Assembly (NCBI GenBank): GCA_018672475.1
Contig: JABHFS010000116.1
Location: 621-64,620 of the forward strand
Direction of reading: 5' to 3'
Source of the DNA: Gemmatimonadota bacterium
Lineage (GTDB): Bacteria; Latescibacterota; UBA2968; UBA8231
DNA: 64,000 bases
This document shows, piece by piece, positions 18,331 to 28,196 of this stretch. The notes below the pieces were generated by a model that had not been told where the DNA came from, searched no databases, and saw only the letters and a list, made by a program, of their open reading frames with translations. Both the position numbers and the translations under genes were made by a program. The stretch's first letter is position 1. The number at the start of each line of letters is the position of its first letter.

Positions 18331-19101
18331 ATGGCATCGGTGAAAATCACCTTTATCGGCCATGCTTCGTTCCGCTTCGAGTCCGAGAAGTCGGTTACCT
18401 ATTTCGATCCTTGGCTCGACAGCAATCCCACGGCTAAGATGACACTCGCGCAAGTCAAGAAGGCCGATATCGTGATCGCCAGCCACGGCCACCGCGACCA
18501 CATTGGCGATTCTTATGAAGTGTGCAAAAAGACCAAGGCCAAGTTCGTCGGCAACTATGAGTTGTGCGTGGTTGCCCAGGAAGTGCACAAGCTCAAAATG
18601 GGCTCGCGCGCGCTGTCGATGAACCCGGGCGGCACGGTCAAGGTCAAGGACGCGTCGATCACGATGGTGCAGGGCCACCACTCGCAGTCGCTATCGACGC
18701 ATGTGACGGGTGCCGACTTGCCTGCGGGGCTGCTGTTTCACCCGGATAGCGCGGTCAACGGCTTCTGTGTCGCCTATGACAATGGCATCACAATTTATGA
18801 CACGGCGGATACCTGTCTTTTCAGCGATATGCAGTTGATCGGCCAGATGTACGGGCCGCAGGTGGCGATTATGCCGGTGGGTGGGCAGTATACGATGGGT
18901 ATCCGCGAGGCGGCGCGGGCGGCGAGCCTGATCCGGCCGGATGTGGTGATCCCGTGCCATTATGGGCCGGTTATGGGGCAGACGGCCGATATTGGCGAGT
19001 TGAAGAAGGCGGTGAAATTTCTGTCGCCGAATACTGAGGTAGTGGAGTTGGAGGTGGGGCAGACGTTGACGTATACGGCGAGTAGTTATAGGGTGCGTTA
19101 G
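18331..19101 (+). CDS. Metallo-beta-lactamase-fold hydrolase (UPF0173-like)
   Basis: ITFIGHASF, SHGHRDH, DT..FSDM, MPVGGQYTMG, IPCHY. Confidence 0.88.
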   Translation: MASVKITFIGHASFRFESEKSVTYFDPWLDSNPTAKMTLAQVKKADIVIASHGHRDHIGDSYEVCKKTKAKFVGNYELCVVAQEVHKLKMGSRALSMNPGGTVKVKDASITMVQGHHSQSLSTHVTGADLPAGLLFHPDSAVNGFCVAYDNGITIYDTADTCLFSDMQLIGQMYGPQVAIMPVGGQYTMGIREAARAASLIRPDVVIPCHYGPVMGQTADIGELKKAVKFLSPNTEVVELEVGQTLTYTASSYRVR

Positions 19102-19378
19102 GCTGGGGAGAGACGAGCTATTTGAGGATATATCTTTGCTCATGTCGCTGTACTTTTAGTGCGCGCTACGTGAGCTCGCCCGCCATCCGGAAGGCGGGAC
19201 CATAAGGGGTTTCATGGTGGCAGCGGCGATGGGATGGTGGCAGAGAGGGTAGTCGTTGGTCTATTAAAGTTGCGATCCCTCAGGGCTATGACTGTCTAAG
19301 ACTTAGAGAGTGATGAAAAAAAGGATCAGACTCTTTGTAGTACATTCAGAATAGTTCAAATCAAGACAAAGTCATGAG

Positions 19379-19804
19379 ATGATACTTCGTGCTCTAAGGC
19401 TCGCCGCTTTGCCGGTGTTGATTTCCCTATTTCTTACACCAGTCCGCTTTTTCCTCGAATTGGCGGGGATACCTGAGGTATACATTTTCCCCATAGGATT
19501 ACTCTGGTTGACATTGGGGTTTTCCGTCTTATGGGCAATCAGATTATCCGACGAAGAGCATCCGTACTGGATACTGTTATTGAGTCTTTTCTTTTTTGCA
19601 CCGCCTTCCAGAGTTCCGGTGTTTGTGCTCTGGTGGATTACCAAGACGTGGGGACTGGGTACTCACTACGACATCTTCGATAGCTGGGATCAAGCGCTAA
19701 TCGGGCAGATTGTGTACGGGTCCCTCGTTCAAATCATTCCCGGTAGCTTGCTGGGTTCACTGACGCTTGCCATCAGGAGACACCGCAAGTCTGTAATGGC
19801 TTGA
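19379..19804 (+). CDS. Small membrane protein (about 4 TM), unknown function
   Basis: 141-aa ORF with four hydrophobic segments. Confidence 0.6.
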   Translation: MILRALRLAALPVLISLFLTPVRFFLELAGIPEVYIFPIGLLWLTLGFSVLWAIRLSDEEHPYWILLLSLFFFAPPSRVPVFVLWWITKTWGLGTHYDIFDSWDQALIGQIVYGSLVQIIPGSLLGSLTLAIRRHRKSVMA

Positions 19805-19861
19805 ACGGGTTGGGGAAAGATCGCCAGGATCTGTTATAGATAGACTCTAATCTCTATTATT

Positions 19862-22168
19862 TCAAAGCCTGACTAACCCTTGGTCTCCGATTGCAAAGCG
19901 CGTCTTTTCAATTAGCAGCTCCGCTACGATATCTGCGCCACCCCCGCCGAAGACCTTTAGTTCGGTCGATCCGATCTGTGCGACCTCCGTTGTGCCTTCC
20001 CGTCTTGTTTGTACTGCTGCCTTTTCCAGGTCTTTGTGTCCCGGACAGAGTATAACGCCTAGATTGCGTCGCTCGGTTAGACCCGAGGGCGTGTAGCGCA
20101 GGTGGTATTGCATGGCCCATTGGCCGCCGCCCTTGTCGGTCATCGGCGGCGGGTCCCATCCCTCGCTAAGTGAAAAGAAGCCGTTGCCGCCCCAGAGAAA
20201 ATGGCCGGTCAGCGAGGAATCTTCGCGTTCAAGCGAGAAGGCGCGTCGGTCCTCGTCGACGGTGAAGGGGTTCCAGGAGTGGATGTTCCATTGTAGGGAT
20301 GAGACGATATTTTCGCGGGCGACGAACTCGTCGACCATCGCAAAGCACTGTGGTTTTTTGAGATAAATGACGTGGCGGCGGCAGCGGGTGGCGCGGTCCT
20401 GATAACTCTGGTCGGCGATGCCGCAGAAATAGGTCAGGTGCTCATTCTCGTAAGCGTGGACGATGTGGCCGACAGATTCGGGCGAGCGCATGAGTTGCGA
20501 GGCGTCGGAAAGGGTTAGGCAGTTGTGGGATTTAGTGTGCCAGACCCAGTGCGCGTGGTGGTCCGAGCCGTAGCCGGCGTAATAACCCGAAGGCATGGCG
20601 AGCACTTTACCGCCGGCGTGCAGGATGAAGTCGTTGTTGTTGGCGTGCGAATGACTGATGGCGCCGTAGGGAGAAGAGCGGAAGATCAAGGCGATATCGC
20701 GCTCGGGGTTTGTGCGGTCGCTGCGCAGGGCGGCCCAGCCGGTGTCGGCGAAGACGTGCAGCAAACGGTCCTGTGCGGACGCGTCTATTTTTTTTGCCGA
20801 TGCTGGAGCTAATAACAATTGCGCGTTGACGCCGGACAGTTGTCGCTCAGGTGGGGTTGTCAGGGTTTCTGCGATGTGACGGAAGTCGGCGACATAGTCG
20901 TTGAATTCGCCGGTGCCGGTTTCGCGACCGATCAGATCGACGAGGTCGGCGTTGTTATTCCAACTCGACGCCCAGCGTTCGCTGTGGTCGCCGAAGCCCA
21001 TCCATTCGGCATAGGGCGGCAGGCACCATTGCCGCCAGCGCGCGTGGTTTTGCCAGAAAGGGCGGCGATAGAGGTCGATGCCGGTGCCGCGTTTGAGTGC
21101 GGATGTGAACATGGTCATGATGGTCACATAGGCCAAGCCATAGGAGGGGCCCTGGGCCCAGGCCCCGTCGTCACCGGCCCAACTCGGCCACAGCCCGCAG
21201 AGCACGGGTCGCAGCCATTCGAGCCATGCGCCCGCCTCTGGGATATGCTCGTGGAAGACCAGGGCGAGTTGCGCGAGAAAGACGATTTCGCGGCCGGAGT
21301 GCGAGTCGAAGCGGTCGATGCCGTAGTGGCCCAGGTCGTGCATGTGTTCGAAGGTGATCTGGCCACGTCGCCTGAATTGCTCGATGACTGCTGCGCGTTC
21401 GGATTCCGTAAAGAGGTCCCAGACCCAGTCGCAGACGTGCGAGCCGTGCCAGATGACCGACATATGTGCCTCGTCGTTGTGGTCGATGTGGCTCGAACCT
21501 TTGGCTTCGGGATCCCATTGCGCGATTGAGGCCATGCGTTGGCAGGCGGCGCGGCCAAAGCGCTCTTCGCCGCTCAGCAGCCAGGCGAGGGCCAGGGTTT
21601 CCGCTCCTTTGACGAAGCGGCGGGTGCCCCACATCGTCGGATACCAGATTTTCCAGAAGGCGGCGTAATTATTGTCGCGCGAAGGCAGAAATTCAGGTTC
21701 GGCGATTTCGTGCGATTGCAGCATCTGAGCTTCGGCCTCGGTGCGCAGTGCTGGCCATTGCGGTGGGGGATCGGCGCGCAGGGCAGCGCTCTGGTCGGGT
21801 TGAAGGTAGATACGCGGATGGTTTTTTGGTAGGCGCGCGAGCCATTCGGCGGCGGGCGGAATTTCTACGATGGTAGCGTCTGTATCGATCGTCAGGCTGA
21901 AGACTTGTGATTGTTCTCCATCGGCCGACCAGTGCCACCAATAGGTGCCCGGCGGCAAGGCCCGCTCGGGCAGGTGCAACGGGTCGGTTAAGTCACCGAG
22001 TTCGATGACCGGGTTGGTGAAGTCCGGGTCGCGGGCGACTTGCAGGGCGAATCGTCGTTGGCCTTGGCGTGGTTTCCAGGCAAAAACTGGTGGGTTGGTA
22101 CGCGGTATTTGGCCGTTCTGCGGTTGTCTGGGGTCAAGATGCGGGTGGGGGTGTCGAGTGTCTTTCAT
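19862..22168 (-). CDS. DUF4962 + heparinase II/III-like polysaccharide/oligosaccharide lyase
   Basis: NPPVFAW, HPRIY, DGAWAQG..YG, SSPYGAISHSHANNN, HTKSHN; no signal peptide. Confidence 0.82.
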   Translation of the reverse strand: MKDTRHPHPHLDPRQPQNGQIPRTNPPVFAWKPRQGQRRFALQVARDPDFTNPVIELGDLTDPLHLPERALPPGTYWWHWSADGEQSQVFSLTIDTDATIVEIPPAAEWLARLPKNHPRIYLQPDQSAALRADPPPQWPALRTEAEAQMLQSHEIAEPEFLPSRDNNYAAFWKIWYPTMWGTRRFVKGAETLALAWLLSGEERFGRAACQRMASIAQWDPEAKGSSHIDHNDEAHMSVIWHGSHVCDWVWDLFTESERAAVIEQFRRRGQITFEHMHDLGHYGIDRFDSHSGREIVFLAQLALVFHEHIPEAGAWLEWLRPVLCGLWPSWAGDDGAWAQGPSYGLAYVTIMTMFTSALKRGTGIDLYRRPFWQNHARWRQWCLPPYAEWMGFGDHSERWASSWNNNADLVDLIGRETGTGEFNDYVADFRHIAETLTTPPERQLSGVNAQLLLAPASAKKIDASAQDRLLHVFADTGWAALRSDRTNPERDIALIFRSSPYGAISHSHANNNDFILHAGGKVLAMPSGYYAGYGSDHHAHWVWHTKSHNCLTLSDASQLMRSPESVGHIVHAYENEHLTYFCGIADQSYQDRATRCRRHVIYLKKPQCFAMVDEFVARENIVSSLQWNIHSWNPFTVDEDRRAFSLEREDSSLTGHFLWGGNGFFSLSEGWDPPPMTDKGGGQWAMQYHLRYTPSGLTERRNLGVILCPGHKDLEKAAVQTRREGTTEVAQIGSTELKVFGGGGADIVAELLIEKTRFAIGDQGLVRL

Positions 22169-23184
22169 TGCATCACCTGTTCGAGTAAGCCGGTTCGGGT
22201 AAAATATTGGTAAAGGATGAGCGCGATGACTTTGTGCCCTTCCCCTGTTAGATGGATTCCGTCGGTTTCGAAGTAGTTATCTTTAACCTCTTGCTGAGGT
22301 AGCCGGTCGAAGGCGGCGAGCAGATCTATAATATGGACTTCTTCGTCGCTGGCGACCTGGCGGACAATCTCGGCGTAGCGTCGGTGTAGGGGTACTAACT
22401 CGTCGAGGTTATTGAGCCAACGTTCAGCCAGATATTCGGGCTCGTCGCCCACCGTATGTGCGGTGGGCGCGGTGATCAGGACCGGCTGGATATTGTTGGA
22501 CCGGGCTATGCGGACGATCTCGTGCAGATTGGCAGCGAAGTCTGTGGGGGCGACGCGCTCCGGTCGGCGCTGCTGTTTTTCGTCCTGGTATAGCTTGATG
22601 GCGAAAAAGTTGAAAAGCTGTATCAGGCGCAATTCACCCAGCGCGATAGCTGATTGCGAACGGTCCTTATTGAATTGGCCGACGGCCTTGTCCTCGACGC
22701 CAAAGCTCGCCCAGTGGTCGTTCCAGCCGAAATAGATCGTGATGACTTCTGGAGCGAGGGGGAGGATATCGCGTTCAAATTGCCGCAAACCCTGGTATGT
22801 GCTCCAACCGGCGACCGCGGTATTGATATAGCTCAATTCACGACCCGGGTTGCGGCCGCTTATCAGTTGGCCGAAGAGTTTGTCGTAGAGACCCCAAGCG
22901 GTGCAGGAATCACCCATAAAAACCAGTTTGGGGCGAGTGTCACGCAATTGCTTAATTGAAGCGTAGTAGGTCTCGGGTACCCAGAGCAGATCCTGGTCCG
23001 CCTGATAATCGTTTTCGAGGGTGACAGGGTCCGGCCAGCCGAATTCTATTCGCGTGGGAAAGAGGCGGAATTCGAAATTGATCGCCCGCAAGCCAATTTC
23101 GCCTATGGCCAGGGCTAGGGCGAAACTGGCCAAGGCCAATAGTATGGTGTAGAAGGTATTGCGGTTTTTAGGTGGGTCAGTCAT
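22165..23184 (-). CDS. Membrane-anchored SGNH/GDSL hydrolase
   Basis: N-terminal TM, GDSCT, FGWND, DGIH; stop overlaps the lyase start. Confidence 0.88.
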   Translation of the reverse strand: MTDPPKNRNTFYTILLALASFALALAIGEIGLRAINFEFRLFPTRIEFGWPDPVTLENDYQADQDLLWVPETYYASIKQLRDTRPKLVFMGDSCTAWGLYDKLFGQLISGRNPGRELSYINTAVAGWSTYQGLRQFERDILPLAPEVITIYFGWNDHWASFGVEDKAVGQFNKDRSQSAIALGELRLIQLFNFFAIKLYQDEKQQRRPERVAPTDFAANLHEIVRIARSNNIQPVLITAPTAHTVGDEPEYLAERWLNNLDELVPLHRRYAEIVRQVASDEEVHIIDLLAAFDRLPQQEVKDNYFETDGIHLTGEGHKVIALILYQYFTRTGLLEQVMQ

Positions 23185-23232
23185 GGTATTCCGTTTTGAC
23201 GATGTAGTTTTTCATTTCATCCTTCCGGGTCC

Positions 23233-23307
23233 GATACCCCGCTGCTTGCAGCGCAATTTGCGTGTAGCCGACCCGCTACCCCGTGGCTTGCCGCGGGGGA
23301 GTTCATT
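23233..23307. repeat. Pair of REP-like GC hairpins resembling IS200/IS605-type end structures
   Basis: TACCCCGCTGC-TT-GCAGCG and TACCCCGTGGC-TT-GCCGCGGGG in direct orientation, 42 bp apart, intergenic. Confidence 0.55.
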
Positions 23308-23333
23308 GCATGGCTTTTGTTTTAGCGATGGTA

Positions 23334-25289
23334 TTATCGACCGCTATTCCAGTATTCGCTTAGAGCCGCTCCGGCTGCGGCATCCTCGATATGTCGCGCG
23401 GCGAGCCGGTAGGCTTGCTGCGCGGCTTGCCCGTTACCAGCTTTTCTGTAGAGCCAGATCAAGGCGCGATAGGTTTCCGCGGTCTTTGAACCTCGTTCGG
23501 CGGCTTGTTGAAAGGCGGCTACGGCCTGGTCCTTCGCGTCCTTCGCGATGAAGACCGCGCCGAGGTTGTGGTAGGCGGAGGGTTCTTCGGGGCGGCGGCG
23601 GACGGCCTCCTGGTAGGCGGCTTCAGCCCGGTCATACTGTCGGCGGGCGAAGTAGAGATTGCCGGCTTCGAGCGCACGGGAATCGATGTCGGGCGGAAGT
23701 TTTATCGGCGGCGAGAGGCGGGCCTGGGAAAGATCTTTTTCTTCTTCGCTCGGCTCGCGGTAGGCCGCGTGCTCGATCAATGAATCGTAGTACCCGGTAT
23801 TGAGTCGCCATATTTCTAACCAACGATCTACTGTCCAGAGTGGACCGCTGATCACCGTGCGCAATTTGTCGTAATAGGCGGCGAGGCCCTCGTCTGCAAT
23901 GAGATTATAGCCGTAGAGATGGCTTTCGATATATCCTTCCGGCATGATGCGCGCGTAGTGGCCCGGTGCCCAATCGGCATCGACGTAAGCCGGCAACCGC
24001 GCGAGCAAAGGGTCGGTGATACCCAAAGCGTCGAGGTGGTGGATATGGGGGCCGGCGTAAAAACCGAGAATGCCGAGGTTGGTGTAGGTGGTGACGGCCA
24101 GCTCTGTGGCATTGGCTTTTTCCGCGATTGTATGGCCGAGGTCGACCCACTGATGCTGCGGATAGTGGGCGTCGGTGATAAGGGCGGACAACAGGCCGGT
24201 ACTGGTGCGATAGTTGGCGAATTCGTCGACGATATGGTGGTTTCCCGGCGCGCTTTGGTAATCTAATCCGCTGCGCAGTGGGGAATAGGGCGTGACCAGC
24301 CCGATGACTAGGATAGCGCCGAGGGCAATATACAAATGCTGGCGGGCGGCGAAACGGAGATTGTGTAAGATCAGTAGCACGGCAGCGAAAAAGGGCGTGC
24401 TGAGGAAGCGACCGCTCATATAGTCGCCGCCGACTTTGACGGTATAGGCGAGGTATAGAATCGGGCCGAGCAGCAGGGGGAGTTGCCGCCATTTTTTTGT
24501 GTAGCATAGTCCTGCCGTGCAGCAAGCAATTGTAGTGAGCGTGATCGGGTCTACTTGTAGAGAATTGTACAGATAATACAGGCCCTGTTGCGCTAAGGAG
24601 AGAGCCGGGATGCCGGTATTGAGTTTGCCGTAGGCGGTATTGGGAACGAGAAAGCCGTAGTAGCAGAGGGAGAAGATTTCCCAAACAGCGAAAGGGGCAA
24701 AACCAACGGCCACTGCGCGGAAGGCTTGTAGACTGCGAAGGTGCCAATAACCCGTCACCAGCGCGGGCAGGTATATCAGCAGGGTGTCCATGCGGTTTAA
24801 GGTGGCCAGACCGGCGACAAGTGAGAGGATGGTTAGTGATTGTAGCGTAGGTTGCGAGCGGAAAAAGATGGCGATGAAAAGGGCGAGCAATAAATGCGAA
24901 AGCGGATTTTCCAGTCCCGAGGTCGAAAAGTCGATAAAGGCCTTGGATGCACAGAGCAGTGCAATGCCAACTAGCGCGTTGCCAAGCGATGGCGCGATGC
25001 GCAAAGCCATGATAAGAACGGCGGCGACGGCGACGGCCCAGCAAAGTAAAATATTCGTGTAGTATATTTCGCCGGTTAGGAGATAGGCGGTGCTGACGAC
25101 GAAAAACCAGAGGGGATGCGTATAGGTCTGGACTCGCTCGCTGATATTCCAGGTCGGCCCGTAGCCATTGATAAGATTGTCGACGCTGCGGTAGGTGATA
25201 AAGGCGTCTTCGTGCAGCCAGGCGTTTTGTAAGACGACGAGGGCGTAGAGCGCGATAAAACCGGGCAGAGCCAGGCGTCTAAGCGGCAT
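23334..25289 (-). CDS. GT-C membrane glycosyltransferase (AftB-like) with C-terminal TPRs
   Basis: EDAFITYR...N...G.GP..N..ERV..YTHPLW, SGLENPL, VGGDYMSGRF, DPLLARLP, GH..R..P.GY; TPR tail. Confidence 0.8.
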   Translation of the reverse strand: MPLRRLALPGFIALYALVVLQNAWLHEDAFITYRSVDNLINGYGPTWNISERVQTYTHPLWFFVVSTAYLLTGEIYYTNILLCWAVAVAAVLIMALRIAPSLGNALVGIALLCASKAFIDFSTSGLENPLSHLLLALFIAIFFRSQPTLQSLTILSLVAGLATLNRMDTLLIYLPALVTGYWHLRSLQAFRAVAVGFAPFAVWEIFSLCYYGFLVPNTAYGKLNTGIPALSLAQQGLYYLYNSLQVDPITLTTIACCTAGLCYTKKWRQLPLLLGPILYLAYTVKVGGDYMSGRFLSTPFFAAVLLILHNLRFAARQHLYIALGAILVIGLVTPYSPLRSGLDYQSAPGNHHIVDEFANYRTSTGLLSALITDAHYPQHQWVDLGHTIAEKANATELAVTTYTNLGILGFYAGPHIHHLDALGITDPLLARLPAYVDADWAPGHYARIMPEGYIESHLYGYNLIADEGLAAYYDKLRTVISGPLWTVDRWLEIWRLNTGYYDSLIEHAAYREPSEEEKDLSQARLSPPIKLPPDIDSRALEAGNLYFARRQYDRAEAAYQEAVRRRPEEPSAYHNLGAVFIAKDAKDQAVAAFQQAAERGSKTAETYRALIWLYRKAGNGQAAQQAYRLAARHIEDAAAGAALSEYWNSGR

Positions 25290-26073
25290 TGGCAGCTAGG
25301 TCGCGGAGGAGTCGGTCGACTACTTTTTTGCGTTGGCCGGGCACGGCGGCCTGTTCCAAATCGTAGATTTCTTCGGGAATGAGGTTGCGCTGGTCTTCGA
25401 TGGGCAAGCTGCCGTGCGAGCCCTCGCCGATATAGCGGTTGAATACGGTCATGCGCGGATATTTCTCGGTCCAGGCTTTGGCGCCGTGGTAGAGTGCCTC
25501 GGTAAAAATAACGCAGTCGCCCGCTTGCACTGGCACATTGACGACGGTGGGTGGTCCGTCGTGGATCGAGACGCTGTCGGGTAATTCGAAATTGCGTTTG
25601 TGGCTGCCGGGCAGACAGACGAAGCCGGTTCCGGCGGGCACGTCGACCAATGAGATTGCAGCGTTGAGAAAGCCGGCGTAGGGCGCGCCATCTTCAACCT
25701 GGTAATCGCGGCCGGCGGCGTGAAAATTGATCTCGTCGGATGTGCGATAGTTTTTGGTCAGTGCGGTATCGACCAGGCAGGGGTTTTGCCGGGTGAAGGC
25801 GAGGATAACGCGCATGATCTGGCGGTTGAGGACCAGGCGTTGGAATGTTTCGTCGGCGTAGTGCACGTGGTTGATCCAGCGCGCCAGGGTTGGTGAGGCC
25901 TTAGGGTTGCTCAGTGCGGTCGAAGTCAGCGGCGGTGGCAGCTCTTCCAGTGTCATTTCATGCCACCGGTCGCCGAGTTCAATCATCCGGCTAATGTCTT
26001 CTTTGACTACGACGTCTTTTAGGATGATATAACCGTGGTGGTCAAAGAACCACTTTTCTTTTTCGCTCAGCAT
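25279..26073 (-). CDS. PhyH-family Fe/2OG enzyme with HxA motif
   Basis: FDHHGYI, NFHAAG, GFVCLPGSHK, AGDCVIFTEALYHG, R; alternative start at 26094. Confidence 0.85.
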   Translation of the reverse strand: MLSEKEKWFFDHHGYIILKDVVVKEDISRMIELGDRWHEMTLEELPPPLTSTALSNPKASPTLARWINHVHYADETFQRLVLNRQIMRVILAFTRQNPCLVDTALTKNYRTSDEINFHAAGRDYQVEDGAPYAGFLNAAISLVDVPAGTGFVCLPGSHKRNFELPDSVSIHDGPPTVVNVPVQAGDCVIFTEALYHGAKAWTEKYPRMTVFNRYIGEGSHGSLPIEDQRNLIPEEIYDLEQAAVPGQRKKVVDRLLRDLAANAA

Positions 26074-26080
26074 AGCCCCT

Positions 26081-26881
26081 CTATTGGCCATCACCGAAGC
26101 CCGGCAAGGTCGAGGTGCTGAGCAGGCCGCCGTCTACATCGAGCGCGACTCCGGTTAAAAAGGACGATTCTTCGGCGAGAAAAAAGAGGATGGCGTTAAC
26201 GATATCCCCTTGTGTGGGGTTGCGACCGAGCGGGATGTCCGCCGCCGTCGCGTTGAGGATCGCTTCATTGTTGGCGCCCGTCGTCTGGTGTTTGTAGGCG
26301 AGTACGTCTTGGCCCATACCGGTCGTTGAGACGCCGATCGGGCAGACGCAGTTGACGGTGACGCCGTCGGGGGCCAATTCGCCGGCCAGTGCCTTAGTTA
26401 GGCCGACGACGCCGAATTTTGCGGCGCAGTAGGAGGCGATCAGCGCGCAGCCGATTTTTGAAACATCAGAGCCGATATTGACGATGCGGCCGCGCTGACC
26501 GCTTTGGCGCAGCAGCGGTGCGGCGGCTTGGCAGCAGAGGAAGACGCCCTTGAGGTCGATATCGATGACCCGGTCCCAATCGGCCTCGGTGGTTTCTTCG
26601 AGCGGGCCGAAGTGGATGACCCCGGCGGAGTTGACCAGCGCGTCCAGGCCTCCGAAGCGCTCGTCGCAGGCGGCTACAGTCTGCTGTACGGAGGCTGGTG
26701 AAGTGACGTCGAGCTTTAACGGCAGGATCTGGTCGTTGTTCAGTTCCTCCGCAGCCGCATGCAGTTTTTCTTCGTCGATATCGGCGATGGCCACTTGCGC
26801 GCCTTGCGCGAGTAGGGCCTTGGCAGTGCTCAGGCCGAAACCGCTGGCCCCGCCGGTAATCAGCGCGCGTCTAGGCTTCAA
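26081..26881 (-). CDS. SDR family oxidoreductase
   Basis: ITGGASGFG, VNSAG, YCAAK, VDGG. Confidence 0.92.
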   Translation of the reverse strand: MKPRRALITGGASGFGLSTAKALLAQGAQVAIADIDEEKLHAAAEELNNDQILPLKLDVTSPASVQQTVAACDERFGGLDALVNSAGVIHFGPLEETTEADWDRVIDIDLKGVFLCCQAAAPLLRQSGQRGRIVNIGSDVSKIGCALIASYCAAKFGVVGLTKALAGELAPDGVTVNCVCPIGVSTTGMGQDVLAYKHQTTGANNEAILNATAADIPLGRNPTQGDIVNAILFFLAEESSFLTGVALDVDGGLLSTSTLPGFGDGQ

Positions 26882-28001
26882 AATGATATTTCTCCACGAT
26901 ATCTTCGTTGACTTCGACCCCTAGCCCCGGCTGGTCGCGCACGGCGAGATAACCGGCTTGCTGTATCCAGGGGTCGGTGACCAGTTCGTGCTGCATCGGC
27001 GATTCGTGTGGTTTGAAGTCCATAGCGACCCCGTGCGTCGAGTTGGCCATCAGGTGCACGCTGGCGGCGGTATTGAGCGCGCTGGACCAGGTGTGCGCGC
27101 TCCACTGCAGATTCTCGGCCTCGATTAGTTTGATATACTGGCGGCAACCGGTGATGCCGTGGCAGCGGCCCGGGTCCATCTGTATCACGTCGACTCCGCC
27201 GGAGTGGATCAGGCGGCGATAGCTGTCGAGGTCCCACTCATCTTCACCGGTGCCGATCGGGGTCGCGGTGGCGTCGCGCAGCCGGGCGTGCGCGTCGAGG
27301 TCGGAGGGCAAGAGCGGTTGCTCGATCCAGCGCAGGCGGTAGGGTTCGAGGTCACGGAAGCGCTGGATGGCGGTGTTGAGGTCCCAGATATTGCGCGCGC
27401 CGGGCGTGTCGACGATAAGTTCGAGTTCGTCGCCGATCGTTTCGCGGACCTGGCGCACGATGTCGATGTCTTTATTGCGGTCGAGGCCAAAGACGGCTTC
27501 GGGTCGCATGCCCCAACCGGCTTTGACCACGTGGTAGCCCTGTTCTTTGAGCCAGCGAAATTCGCCGAGGGTCCAGTCGAAGTCTTCCATATCGAAGATA
27601 AACGAGGCCATGGCGACGACCTTGTCGTGCAGTTGCCCGCCGAGCAGCCGACAGACGGGCTGGCCGAGCGTTTTGCCCGCTAGGTCCCATAGGGCCATGT
27701 CGATAGCGCTGACGGCAAAGGCCGCGATGCCTTCGGGGCCGTACCACCAGACGTGGTCGAGCATGCGGCGCCAGTGGCGTTCGACGTCGAGCGCGTTTTC
27801 GTTGATTAGCAGCGGGGCCAGCCCCTGTTCGACGATGATTTTGGTGGCGAGGGTCGCCTCGCGGAATTGCGAGATGCACTCGCCCCAGCCGACTTGGCCG
27901 TCTTCGCCTTCAATGCGGACGAGGGTGATATAGCGCTCGATGCCCTTGTAGTGGGGTTCGGGATAGGCCATGGGAAAAGCCTGGATTTTGTTGATTTTCA
28001 C
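26871..28001 (-). CDS. Mandelate racemase / muconate lactonizing enzyme family (enolase superfamily)
   Basis: GWGE, SAIDMALWDLAGK, LLGG, metal ligands VD/EQP/GEDE; GTG start VKINKI. Confidence 0.9.
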   Translation of the reverse strand: MKINKIQAFPMAYPEPHYKGIERYITLVRIEGEDGQVGWGECISQFREATLATKIIVEQGLAPLLINENALDVERHWRRMLDHVWWYGPEGIAAFAVSAIDMALWDLAGKTLGQPVCRLLGGQLHDKVVAMASFIFDMEDFDWTLGEFRWLKEQGYHVVKAGWGMRPEAVFGLDRNKDIDIVRQVRETIGDELELIVDTPGARNIWDLNTAIQRFRDLEPYRLRWIEQPLLPSDLDAHARLRDATATPIGTGEDEWDLDSYRRLIHSGGVDVIQMDPGRCHGITGCRQYIKLIEAENLQWSAHTWSSALNTAASVHLMANSTHGVAMDFKPHESPMQHELVTDPWIQQAGYLAVRDQPGLGVEVNEDIVEKYHFEA

Positions 28002-28196
28002 GGTAAGCGTCCTGGTTGGCGGTGGATTGCTGAAGGGACTGTAGTGTTCTGTTGCGCGTTTTGATATGGGCGGAAAGATAGTACCGCAGGCGATTGTGGG
28101 CAATACGCGGAGATTCGTGGTTTGACGGAGCCGGGACGTCGGTTGTAGCTTACGCGCGGAAGGTGCACATGTTGCGTATAGCGGGAGACTTGTACA

